From positions 1-64,000 of the IMG/VR virus record IMGVR_UViG_3300027833_000035: DNA of 64,000 bases. One strand, 5' to 3'. Position 1 is the first letter of the stretch, and every line of letters starts with the position of its first letter. The notes beneath the pieces were generated by a model that did not search any database, had not been told where the DNA came from, and saw nothing but the letters and a program-made list of their open reading frames with translations. Shown piece after piece: positions 8,626-17,483 of the stretch. A program made the translations under genes and the position numbers. This DNA comes from a virus.

Positions 8626-9585
8626 TTAGTTACGGTTTAAATACGCTGAAAGAGCATTAATCGTTGAGTGCTCAGAAAGTGTTTGTGTTACTTCTGTGTC
8701 CTCTGTGATAATTGCTTCTTCTTCAGATACTTCCTCAACTACTGGTTTCGCTTTTTTGAAGAACGATTCCTTTAGTGTTGCAAGGTCTGATTTGTAGCTG
8801 TCAACATTATCGAAAGCAAGCTTTTCTGATAGTACTTTAAATCTTTCTTGTTCTACAAGTGTAAGACCTTCAGTCATTTCAGCAAAAATGCCTGATGCAG
8901 TTTGAGCATCAGCAGCTTTTTTAAGCTCAACATTCTCAACAATCGCTTTATTAGCGTCTGCTTTTAATGTTTCAATTTCTTCTTCCAAGCCAGCAACAAC
9001 GTCTAGAGTTTCCTCATCAACATCAATGTTGTGCTCTTCGAATAGGCCTTTAAGACCATCCATTAACGACTCCGCCATTTCTACCTTAATACCGGCTTCA
9101 ATAGCAATTTCGTTTTCTGACATCCACTCTTCTACAACGTAGTCAAGATATGAGTCAAGATTTTCTAACATCTGTTCAACTGATTCATCAAGTGCAGTTT
9201 GCATTGATGTTTCTAAAACTTCTGTTTTCTCAACGATAACTGCATCAGCTTTTACTGTTGCCGCTTCGTTAACCGCAGCTTCGAATACCATAGTTGCTTT
9301 AGCTGTAAATTCTTCTGACAAATCCATGCCTTCGAAAATAGTCGCGATTGACTCTGCTACTTCAATTACTTCTTCTACGATTTCATCAGTTTCTACTTCT
9401 GACTCTTCCGCTTGCATTGGTGCTGGTGCAACTTTATCGGCTGTTGGATCAACCTTTTTGTTTACATCAGCTTTCTTCTTTTTATGTACGCCGCCTGCTG
9501 GTGTAGCAGGATCCATAATTTCTGCAGCAGGTACACCTGCTCCGCCAGATTTTTCGACGAACTTTTCGTCTAAGTCATTTGACAT
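8626..9585 (-). CDS. gp22: prohead core scaffold protein (T4 gp22)
   Basis: LSEEF..KA..VFEAAV, DSYLDYVVEEWM-x-EN, acidic coiled coil; between gp21 and gp23. Confidence 0.92.
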   Translation of the reverse strand: MSNDLDEKFVEKSGGAGVPAAEIMDPATPAGGVHKKKKADVNKKVDPTADKVAPAPMQAEESEVETDEIVEEVIEVAESIATIFEGMDLSEEFTAKATMVFEAAVNEAATVKADAVIVEKTEVLETSMQTALDESVEQMLENLDSYLDYVVEEWMSENEIAIEAGIKVEMAESLMDGLKGLFEEHNIDVDEETLDVVAGLEEEIETLKADANKAIVENVELKKAADAQTASGIFAEMTEGLTLVEQERFKVLSEKLAFDNVDSYKSDLATLKESFFKKAKPVVEEVSEEEAIITEDTEVTQTLSEHSTINALSAYLNRN

Positions 9586-9625
9586 ATGTTCTACTCCTTT
9601 TATTAGATACTTTTTATCTAAGTAT

Positions 9626-9633
9626 TATTTATA
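9626..9633 (-). promoter_or_regulatory. T4-type late promoter (gp22)
   Basis: TATTTATA on + strand. Confidence 0.75.
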
Positions 9634-9639
9634 ATAATA

Positions 9640-10338
9640 TTATTTTTCAGCTTTTCTAAGTGAGTTCACAAAACGCTCGAATAATTCAGACGCGGTGCCT
9701 TCATCAATTTTAGTGACAACTCGTCTGATTTGCTTTTCTACTACTTGTTGTATTTCTTCAATAACCTGTTCAATAGGTTCCTGAGCAATCCAGTTACCTG
9801 AGGCTATATCGTAATAGTATTCAGCATTCTCCATAATACCATTTACAAAACATTGTGGTCCGGATGGGTCAGTTACGATGTCGACTGTGGCTAAGTGAAA
9901 GTCATTTTGTACTTCCATAATTCCTTGCGCCGTTGCTTTAACTGAACCTAATCCGCGGGTAGATACACCGATCTTAACACCCTCGTCCATAAATGTTTTG
10001 ACTATCTCACCCATTGGTGTACCAAGAATTTTGGCTTTACCAGTAAAGTTTGATCCCTCTCGTTTCATCTCTGTAATAAGATGAGACACACGATCGCCAT
10101 TAATTGTAGGTCCGTCTGGGTGACCTAATTCTCCTAGCGCTCGCTTTGTTTCTACAAAATCAGAATTATATCTGATCATTTCTTTTTCTAAAATCTGCGA
10201 CGGATAAATTCTTCCGTTGCGGTTTTTAATATCACCTTGCATAAAGATACCTTCGATGAAATGAGTTTTCTTACCCGTTTCTTCGTTCATTTCTACAGCA
10301 ACGTTACATTCTTCTACAACTTCTGTTATTAATCTCAT
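9640..10338 (-). CDS. gp21: prohead protease (T4 gp21)
   Basis: IEGIFMQGDIKNRNGRIY, ALGELGHP, GVSTRGLGS, DIVTDPS. Confidence 0.96.
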   Translation of the reverse strand: MRLITEVVEECNVAVEMNEETGKKTHFIEGIFMQGDIKNRNGRIYPSQILEKEMIRYNSDFVETKRALGELGHPDGPTINGDRVSHLITEMKREGSNFTGKAKILGTPMGEIVKTFMDEGVKIGVSTRGLGSVKATAQGIMEVQNDFHLATVDIVTDPSGPQCFVNGIMENAEYYYDIASGNWIAQEPIEQVIEEIQQVVEKQIRRVVTKIDEGTASELFERFVNSLRKAEK

Positions 10339-10361
10339 ATCCTAGATCCTTTAGTTTTTTT

Positions 10362-10369
10362 TATTTATA
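10362..10369 (-). promoter_or_regulatory. T4-type late promoter (gp21)
   Basis: TATTTATA on + strand. Confidence 0.7.
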
Positions 10370-11246
10370 ACGCTTCACGGGCAAATCCAACGATTTCTTT
10401 AAACCCTGCTTCGTCTTTCATCATTACCTTTTCCATATCTCTACGGTTTTTAGCATTAAGGTTTTTATAAAAGTCGTTTAAAAGTTTAGCATCTTGTTTG
10501 GACACCTTTGCATTTTTACCATTCTTTAATTTCAAGTTACCCACTCTAATAGCTTCGTCTAATGTTCCAATAAAGCTTTCATTAGTTTTAATAACATCTT
10601 GGCCGCGATCGTCAGTTTTATTAGATCTAAGCTTTTTCATAACTGTACGTGTTTTACCATCTGGTCCTGTTTGAGTAACCATATGTTTCATCGCAGAGGA
10701 AGTCGTTTCAACTACGTCAACTTCCTCATTTGACTTTTTTCGCGTACGCATAATTGCGAAGTCGTGTCCGTCAATTTTCCCGTTTTTGTTATGGTCAAGT
10801 TTTTTCTGTTTACCTGATAAAGCTTCATTCCATTTAGCGAATGCTAAATCTGAAACCTTTTCGGAAACTTCTTCTTTTTTATCCCAAGGAGCTTTAGCTA
10901 GAGTAACTTTTTTCTTGCCTTCTTTTGATGCAGCAGTAGCTTTATCAAGTGCAGCCTGTGTAGCCATCTCTTTTGATTCGTTTGCTCTAAATTGGCTGAA
11001 CTTACGACCTTTACGTAATACCGGCTCTTGATCTGGTTTATCACCATAAGCTTGATCGTAATTAGCATCGTCTTCTTGGTCAGCAGGACGTGCAGCTTTT
11101 GTCTTTCCAATATCACCACTGAATTGACTATCAGGTGCTACAGGATGTTGCCCAGGTTTTTGGTTGTGTTGATCTTTGAAAGCTTTTTCTTCCGAAGATT
11201 TCGGTTGAGCAACTTCGCTAAGGATATTCTTAAAACTTTTCATCAC
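10365..11246 (-). CDS. prohead core / internal head protein (gp67/gp68 position), EF-hand-like loop
   Basis: Between gp20 and gp21; MKSFK start; highly charged; DHNKNGKIDGHDF. Confidence 0.65.
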   Translation of the reverse strand: MMKSFKNILSEVAQPKSSEEKAFKDQHNQKPGQHPVAPDSQFSGDIGKTKAARPADQEDDANYDQAYGDKPDQEPVLRKGRKFSQFRANESKEMATQAALDKATAASKEGKKKVTLAKAPWDKKEEVSEKVSDLAFAKWNEALSGKQKKLDHNKNGKIDGHDFAIMRTRKKSNEEVDVVETTSSAMKHMVTQTGPDGKTRTVMKKLRSNKTDDRGQDVIKTNESFIGTLDEAIRVGNLKLKNGKNAKVSKQDAKLLNDFYKNLNAKNRRDMEKVMMKDEAGFKEIVGFAREAL

Positions 11247-11270
11247 TTAACTCCTAATTTTGTTTGTATA

Positions 11271-11278
11271 TATTTATA
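11271..11278 (-). promoter_or_regulatory. T4-type late promoter
   Basis: TATTTATA on + strand. Confidence 0.7.
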
Positions 11279-11297
11279 TGAATTTGTTGTTCTCATT

Positions 11298-12818
11298 TTA
11301 TTCTTCTGCCTCTTCTGGAGGGTTTTCCTTGGCTTCAGCTTCAATTTGATCCTTCATGTCACCCATTTCTTCTTCTGACATGCGGAGAACATTGCGTAAT
11401 ACCCATTCTCTAGAATAGTATGTACCAACATGTTCTTCAACTTCACGTAGAGTACTGAGTCTTTCACGAGTAATTTCAGCTTCTTTAAGCTCTTGGAAAT
11501 AGTTGTCTTGTACAAAATCATAACGAATGGCGTTTTTGATTTCTTTAAATTCTTCTGGCGTTAATATACCTTTAAGCACTAATTGTTTTTCAAGTAATGA
11601 TGTAAAGATAGCTGTAAAACGCGATCTTATTCTTTTGATGAATTTACTAAATTTTAATTCATCACGAGTAATTTCTGAAACACGGCCAAACGAATACATT
11701 GTCTCTGGCTCTAAACGCGATAGCGGAACCTTTAAAGATTTGTATAGTTTACGTTGGAAGTATTGCATATTCGTATCATCTGTTAAACCACCAGCATTTC
11801 CACCTGGCATAGTGTCAACTTCTGTTGTACGCTCACCACCACGTCGTGGGAACCAAAAGTCTTCGGTCATAGTCATCATTTTACGAGCATCATTGATTTC
11901 TCCAGTAGATGAGTCATATTGTAGTTTGTTCTTATGACGAACCATCATATCTCTTATATACTGCTCAGCTTTTGATTTAGGTAAGTTGCCAACGTCAATG
12001 TAGAACACTCGTCTTTCAGGAGCTCGTGTAATAGTGTAAATAACTGTTGCATCTTCCAACATCCTTAACTGGTTGAGCGGTTTAATTGAAGGATGTAAAT
12101 AAGATAATACTAATGAATTGTTTTCATTCATTACGCCTGAAGTAATTCTAGCGATAGAGTCCTTAGCAATCTTATATCCTTGAGCAGTACCACCACTTGC
12201 TGAGCTCGATTTATTTGAGCCAAAACCTGTTTCAGAATACATATAATATTCTGCTTTTACTTTCTTAACTGGGATACCTGAATGTGGATCCTTTTCGCGT
12301 TTATCAACTTCACGGATGAGTTTTAGTTTGCGCGGATCTACATATCGTAATTCTTTAATCCCATCTGGGATATTATCCGGATCAATAATAACGTGATAGT
12401 TTAAACGACCATCAACGTAGAATTTTTGAAACGTTTCATATGCTGTTGTAGAAAAATCTAATAATGATAATATGTTATCAAACTCTTCTATAACTATTTT
12501 CTTAACTTTGTCTGGTAAATCTGTCTCGTCCAAAAGAACTTCAACAACTTTATCATCTGTATCTACACTAATCGCTTCGTTGATTACTTCGTCAACAGCT
12601 TGTGCAATTTCTGGCTGGTGTGCTAAACCTCGGTATTTTGATACCAATTCTGATTCAGTTTTAGCAGTTCCTTCCATATCCAAGAGTGTACTATAGAAGC
12701 CACCCATTGCATTACCAACGGTGATAGCTCCATCGTCATTTTGAGGCTCAACAAAAGAGGAAGGTGTAAAACCCTCCTCTTCAGCGTCTCGTTTAATATC
12801 AAAACCAAAAATCTTCAT
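11298..12818 (-). CDS. gp20: portal vertex protein (T4 gp20)
   Basis: YVDGRL, NQLRMLEDA, RAPERRVFYIDVGNLPK, EDFWFPRR, ITRDELKFSKFI. Confidence 0.97.
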   Translation of the reverse strand: MKIFGFDIKRDAEEEGFTPSSFVEPQNDDGAITVGNAMGGFYSTLLDMEGTAKTESELVSKYRGLAHQPEIAQAVDEVINEAISVDTDDKVVEVLLDETDLPDKVKKIVIEEFDNILSLLDFSTTAYETFQKFYVDGRLNYHVIIDPDNIPDGIKELRYVDPRKLKLIREVDKREKDPHSGIPVKKVKAEYYMYSETGFGSNKSSSASGGTAQGYKIAKDSIARITSGVMNENNSLVLSYLHPSIKPLNQLRMLEDATVIYTITRAPERRVFYIDVGNLPKSKAEQYIRDMMVRHKNKLQYDSSTGEINDARKMMTMTEDFWFPRRGGERTTEVDTMPGGNAGGLTDDTNMQYFQRKLYKSLKVPLSRLEPETMYSFGRVSEITRDELKFSKFIKRIRSRFTAIFTSLLEKQLVLKGILTPEEFKEIKNAIRYDFVQDNYFQELKEAEITRERLSTLREVEEHVGTYYSREWVLRNVLRMSEEEMGDMKDQIEAEAKENPPEEAEE

Positions 12819-12837
12819 TTATTCACTTTCTCATTAT

Positions 12838-13371
12838 TTAAGTAGTTGGAATGCCGGTGTTACCCTCAACACGCCATAAGTCATATTGGAATGTTACGTT
12901 GAATTCCTCAATCGTATCAGCTTGTCCCCAATCCATTTGGATACCGTCGATACCGACTGGATGCATGCCTTCAAAGATGTATGTTCTAAGAATTGAACCA
13001 TCTTTACTAAACTGGGTAATTTGCCCAGTTGATTTATAGTCTTGTGGTAATGCTCTGGTGTTTGAGTCATGCGAGTTAATCGCGTTTGACCAAGCTTCCA
13101 TTGCATTTCGTACTGCGAAATCTTCATCGTTGATTACGGTCACGGACCAATCTGCGAATGTTCTATCACCGGCATACTTGACCTGACGGCCGAAGTAAGG
13201 TACCACAAATTGCCCCACAGTGGATTCTGGGATGCCTGCTGAGCGTATCATAAACGGAGTTTTGATGTCAGCCTCTGGAGCAATTGGGTTAGTGATTTGA
13301 CATTGGAACAGGGTAGGACGTGCACCGCCACCGACGAGCTCTGATTTGAACTGGTTGATATTGAATGCCAT
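12838..13371 (-). CDS. gp19: tail tube protein (T4 gp19)
   Basis: GGARPTLF, GRQVKYAGDRTF, W-x-VTVINDEDF, IEEFNVTFQY. Confidence 0.95.
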   Translation of the reverse strand: MAFNINQFKSELVGGGARPTLFQCQITNPIAPEADIKTPFMIRSAGIPESTVGQFVVPYFGRQVKYAGDRTFADWSVTVINDEDFAVRNAMEAWSNAINSHDSNTRALPQDYKSTGQITQFSKDGSILRTYIFEGMHPVGIDGIQMDWGQADTIEEFNVTFQYDLWRVEGNTGIPTT

Positions 13372-13402
13372 TTTGTTTCTCCTATTTTCTATTCTTATTT
13401 AT

Positions 13403-15355
13403 TTAAGTTAACTGACCGACAATTTCATCAAATTCAATACCGGTTCTAGTTGCAACGAATGTTAATTCGATTACGTTAATAGAACGAGCTGGTTTAATGA
13501 AGATGCTTGCGCGGAATTTATTTTGGTCAATTACCTCAGGAGTATTAACGGTTGAGTCACTGATTACTCGGTAATCAATAATACCACGTCTTCCTTGGAT
13601 ATCACGTAAGAATGGATCTACAATGTTTCTAAACTGTGTTTGAGTGAATTCGTCATTCAATTCAAACAAGAAGCTTTGAGCTGCAGTCGCAATTGATTTT
13701 TCAACCGCAATAAACAACCTACGAACATTTAATCTATCAAACGCAGATGAAACACCTAATCCTGTTTTATCACCAAATAGTACAATACCTTGACCTACTT
13801 GTGATACAACTGGGTTGATGTCTGAGCCATACAATAAATCTCTCATTGCTTTGTTAGGGTTAAACGCTAACTTAACAACATTTTTGATTATACCTTTTCT
13901 AAAGCCAGCTGGTGATTCCCATGCTTCAACTCTAGCAGCCAAACCGGCCATATCACCGTTTAATGGTGTCCAACGATATACATCGTTATACTTATCATAG
14001 CGGTATTTGTATCCAGAGTCAATGAATGTGTATGACGAATTTTGTACCTTGTTACGATATGCAATTGCATTAGTAAGTTTTGCATTTGTTTTTAGTTCGG
14101 TAACCACTGCTTCTTTAGATGGTGAGATAAACGCAACGCAATCTTTTCTTGTGTCACAGATATTAGAAACAATGTAGTTTGCTCTTACTGCAGCATCATC
14201 ACCTTTACCTTGTAATACGAACGCAATGTCGATTTCATTAGCACTTCTTAAAGTATCATATGCTGCGCCTAATTGAGCTAAGGTAGCTGTTTCTTCAGAT
14301 AATGCAGTATTTCCATTAGGATTTCCACCTGAGAATGATTCATATTTAGCAATTGCCGTAGATGCAGTACCAATTGGAAGAGTGTTAGCGACTGATACCC
14401 AAGATGAGAAGTTTTCAATCACTGTACCATAATAATTAGCGGTACCTTGTGGTGAAACTGCACCAACTGTTGTTGAAATGTTTTCGAATTTTTCTAGTAT
14501 AAATCCTGCAGTACCAGAAATTTCTCCACCTGCGTCAATAACCGCTACGTGAATGTGGTTAGCGTCTGGCTTTTTGGAGAATGTTCCTCCATGTTGCCAT
14601 TTCTTTTTCATTGATAGTGCAGCTAAGTCTGTTTCAGCTAATGTGTATTTGTTAAAGAACTCAATGTCATATGTACGTAGAGCTAAGAATGAAGTATTTG
14701 CATCTCCTGGCGTTGCTTCAGCATTTACTTCTGTTTCTGTAAATGTCTTAATTCTCATTTCTTGGTAACCAACTGATTCATTACCAATTTCTAATACGTC
14801 GCCTGCAATTAAGTCTTGTAGGTTTTGAGTGTTAGCAGTTTCAAATTGAAGGATAGAAGAGTTAAATTCAATAACTTGATCTATTTGATTATTTGAAACT
14901 TTATTTGTTGGAATTCCTGCAACTGCAACGAATTCACTTTCAAAGCCTGTTGATGATACCCAAGCAACTTCTAATGAGTCACCAAGTCCACCTTTATATT
15001 TAGCCTTGAATGCACCGTAATAACTATCGTCTGAGACGACATCGTTATTTGCATCAAGTGTGATGTCTAGTATTGTACTGTCAGCTTCAGTTGAACCGTC
15101 GTCTGCACGAACAACATACAGTGCATTTGAGTACGATAAGTAATCTGCAGCTGTAAAAAATGTTTCGTAATTATCATCAGTAGGTGTTCCAAAACGATCT
15201 ACGAGTTGGTTTTCTGATGATAGCAATAATGGTTCGTTAGTCGGGCCCCACCTAAACACACCAGCTATAGCAGCAGGTGGATTTGAGATGGCTGGTACTG
15301 CCTGAGAAGCATCAACTTCCCGAACTATAACAGAGGGACTTACGGAAAAAGCCAT
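13403..15355 (-). CDS. gp18: tail sheath protein (T4 gp18)
   Basis: SPSVIVREVD, FRWGP, DSGYKYRYDKYND, SPAG, AFDRLNVRRLF, IKPARSIN. Confidence 0.97.
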   Translation of the reverse strand: MAFSVSPSVIVREVDASQAVPAISNPPAAIAGVFRWGPTNEPLLLSSENQLVDRFGTPTDDNYETFFTAADYLSYSNALYVVRADDGSTEADSTILDITLDANNDVVSDDSYYGAFKAKYKGGLGDSLEVAWVSSTGFESEFVAVAGIPTNKVSNNQIDQVIEFNSSILQFETANTQNLQDLIAGDVLEIGNESVGYQEMRIKTFTETEVNAEATPGDANTSFLALRTYDIEFFNKYTLAETDLAALSMKKKWQHGGTFSKKPDANHIHVAVIDAGGEISGTAGFILEKFENISTTVGAVSPQGTANYYGTVIENFSSWVSVANTLPIGTASTAIAKYESFSGGNPNGNTALSEETATLAQLGAAYDTLRSANEIDIAFVLQGKGDDAAVRANYIVSNICDTRKDCVAFISPSKEAVVTELKTNAKLTNAIAYRNKVQNSSYTFIDSGYKYRYDKYNDVYRWTPLNGDMAGLAARVEAWESPAGFRKGIIKNVVKLAFNPNKAMRDLLYGSDINPVVSQVGQGIVLFGDKTGLGVSSAFDRLNVRRLFIAVEKSIATAAQSFLFELNDEFTQTQFRNIVDPFLRDIQGRRGIIDYRVISDSTVNTPEVIDQNKFRASIFIKPARSINVIELTFVATRTGIEFDEIVGQLT

Positions 15356-15417
15356 ATTTTTCTCCTTTATGTATTGAAAACGCGTTAATCTTGTTTTTTA
15401 TATTTTCTTACTGTTGT

Positions 15418-15425
15418 TATTTATA
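15418..15425 (-). promoter_or_regulatory. T4-type late promoter (gp18)
   Basis: TATTTATA on + strand. Confidence 0.75.
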
Positions 15426-15445
15426 AAAAATGGTATTCTATATAA

Positions 15446-17035
15446 TTACAGCACTAAGCCGTCATCTTCATAATAAAAATCTTCACCTGTATCGACAAAG
15501 CCAAAAGGTAATAATTCTTCTTCAATTTGTTCTTCTGTCTTCTCTCGTAACTTAATAAGTGTATTTATGTCAGTCATATCTTTGAAATATGCCTGCTCAG
15601 TCATCCATGCAAACAAAACAAGGTTCATAACTAAATCGTCGTGGAATCCTGACTCTGCTTCGTATGAGTTTGCTTTTTTAGAAAAACGGCTAATTTCTTG
15701 TATAGTATCATAATCTTGTATAATAAGTTGGTTTTGTTCAATTAGCATTTTCAGCATGCTACATCCAACCGCCTTAACATTTTTAGTTGTTCTTATTCCA
15801 TTATCTACCTTTTTACCAAAACCGCCAGTAAGTATTTTACCAGCTCGGCCGTTGTTTGTAGTATATAATATATTTTCATAACCATAATCCATTAAGAGAA
15901 CATCAGCAACCTGTTCTCCAATATCATTGACCTCAATCAAAATCCCAGCAGTATTATATATTTGTCCTATTCTGTGACAAACTGATGCAAAATCAATTGG
16001 TCCTACCATGTTATCTCTAAACATTGCCACTTGTTTATATGGCATCTCTGTAATATCAATTACTGAAAAACATGAATAGTCTAAACCTTTACCGCGAGCA
16101 ACATCGACCGTCATGCAATATTGTCTGTCTTTAATTGGCTTTTCGTATTGCATAAAGCCATCGTGTTGTGCTATTGGTGTTGCGTGTAATAATTCTTTTA
16201 ATTTCCAACCCGCGATAAGAGTACCAGAACTACCTAGGAACTGACAACAATATTCTTGGTTGAATTTTTCTTCGTCGTGGTCTAATGCTTCGATTGTTTC
16301 CTTACGCCATTTTTCATCGCGACCCGGAACATCGTGCCACATAACTTCTTCGTATTCATAACCATTTGTACCTTCTCTTGCACCAGTACATGTTTTCCAA
16401 AAATGATTTAATCCATTTGGAGTAGAAGTCATTAAAAGTTTTGTTGACTCGCCAGACGAGATAGTAGGATAAACAGATGCGAAAAATTCGTCATATCCTT
16501 CGATGAATGCAACCTCATCAAGGTATAGAAAATTAACAGACTTACCACGAATAGCACTTGACGACGTAGTACCAGCCAAAATTTGACAACCATTCTCAAG
16601 CGCAATGTTTCCTTTGTTCCATTCTTCAACTCCTTGCTGCAGCCATTTAGGTAACGATTCAAATGCAAGTTTGACTCGAGCCATTACTTCTCGGGCAGCA
16701 TCACCCTTGTTAGCTAAGATAGCGACAGTTTTAAATTCATTAAACAAAACATAATGTAAAATAATAGCCATTGCAGTGGTTGTTTTACCAGACTGCCGAG
16801 CCGTTAAAACAGCCATACGTCTATTCTCGGTAATTTTTCGAGTAATGTTTTCTTGGTAATCATACATTTCAAATGGAACTAATCCCTTATCAACATGTAC
16901 AATTTTAATATAATTCTTGGCAAAATATATCGGATCTTGCGCACATTTCATATACTCTTTTAATAGGTCAGGAGACCATTCTATTTCTTCACCAATCTTT
17001 TTAAGATGTTGGTTTCCTAAATAACCTTCACCCAT
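15446..17035 (-). CDS. gp17: terminase large subunit (T4 gp17)
   Basis: RQSGKTT Walker A, YLDEVAF Walker B, STPNGLNHF, DVARG, HDDLVM. Confidence 0.97.
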   Translation of the reverse strand: MGEGYLGNQHLKKIGEEIEWSPDLLKEYMKCAQDPIYFAKNYIKIVHVDKGLVPFEMYDYQENITRKITENRRMAVLTARQSGKTTTAMAIILHYVLFNEFKTVAILANKGDAAREVMARVKLAFESLPKWLQQGVEEWNKGNIALENGCQILAGTTSSSAIRGKSVNFLYLDEVAFIEGYDEFFASVYPTISSGESTKLLMTSTPNGLNHFWKTCTGAREGTNGYEYEEVMWHDVPGRDEKWRKETIEALDHDEEKFNQEYCCQFLGSSGTLIAGWKLKELLHATPIAQHDGFMQYEKPIKDRQYCMTVDVARGKGLDYSCFSVIDITEMPYKQVAMFRDNMVGPIDFASVCHRIGQIYNTAGILIEVNDIGEQVADVLLMDYGYENILYTTNNGRAGKILTGGFGKKVDNGIRTTKNVKAVGCSMLKMLIEQNQLIIQDYDTIQEISRFSKKANSYEAESGFHDDLVMNLVLFAWMTEQAYFKDMTDINTLIKLREKTEEQIEEELLPFGFVDTGEDFYYEDDGLVL

Positions 17036-17483
17036 TTTCAGTATCTTTCAACATTTTTAATAAATCAGCGGTGGATACAATCAAGTTATTATTTACTGTG
17101 TTGGTTTGTGCAGCCTCTTTAGGTGCATTTATTTCTTCTTTAGCAAATTTCTTTTTAGTTGAAGCATCAGCAAAATCTTTATTTGCATCAAGTAAAGTTT
17201 TCATTAGAGTAGAAACAACCTCAAAGCTACGAGCTGATTCAGATTGTTTTGCAATCTCAAGCATTTCTCTTATTGCTTCATTTCCGATTTCAATAACACC
17301 TTCTATATTTTCACGGACCTTAGCAAGGTCCTTAATGTTTTCGTCATCTTCATCGTTAGTTACTACGGCTGGAAGTATTTCTTCAACAATCTCAACCGGC
17401 TTGGCAGCCAACTCTTCTTCTCTAATTTCTGAAAGCGGTCTCAGTCCAAGATTTTCAGCTATCTTATCATTCATATTATTCAC
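17028..17483 (-). CDS. gp16: terminase small subunit (T4 gp16)
   Basis: SARSFEVVSTLMK, NNNLIVSTADLLKML; upstream of gp17. Confidence 0.88.
   Translation of the reverse strand: MNNMNDKIAENLGLRPLSEIREEELAAKPVEIVEEILPAVVTNDEDDENIKDLAKVRENIEGVIEIGNEAIREMLEIAKQSESARSFEVVSTLMKTLLDANKDFADASTKKKFAKEEINAPKEAAQTNTVNNNLIVSTADLLKMLKDTENG

Noticed and set aside
9603-9621. Hairpin TTAGATA-CTTTT-TATCTAA in the gp22 leader
   Set aside because: Short and AT-rich; expected by chance and does not cover the RBS
15446-17035. Intein or intron in terminase or other core genes
   Set aside because: Lengths are ordinary; no intein or homing endonuclease motifs seen
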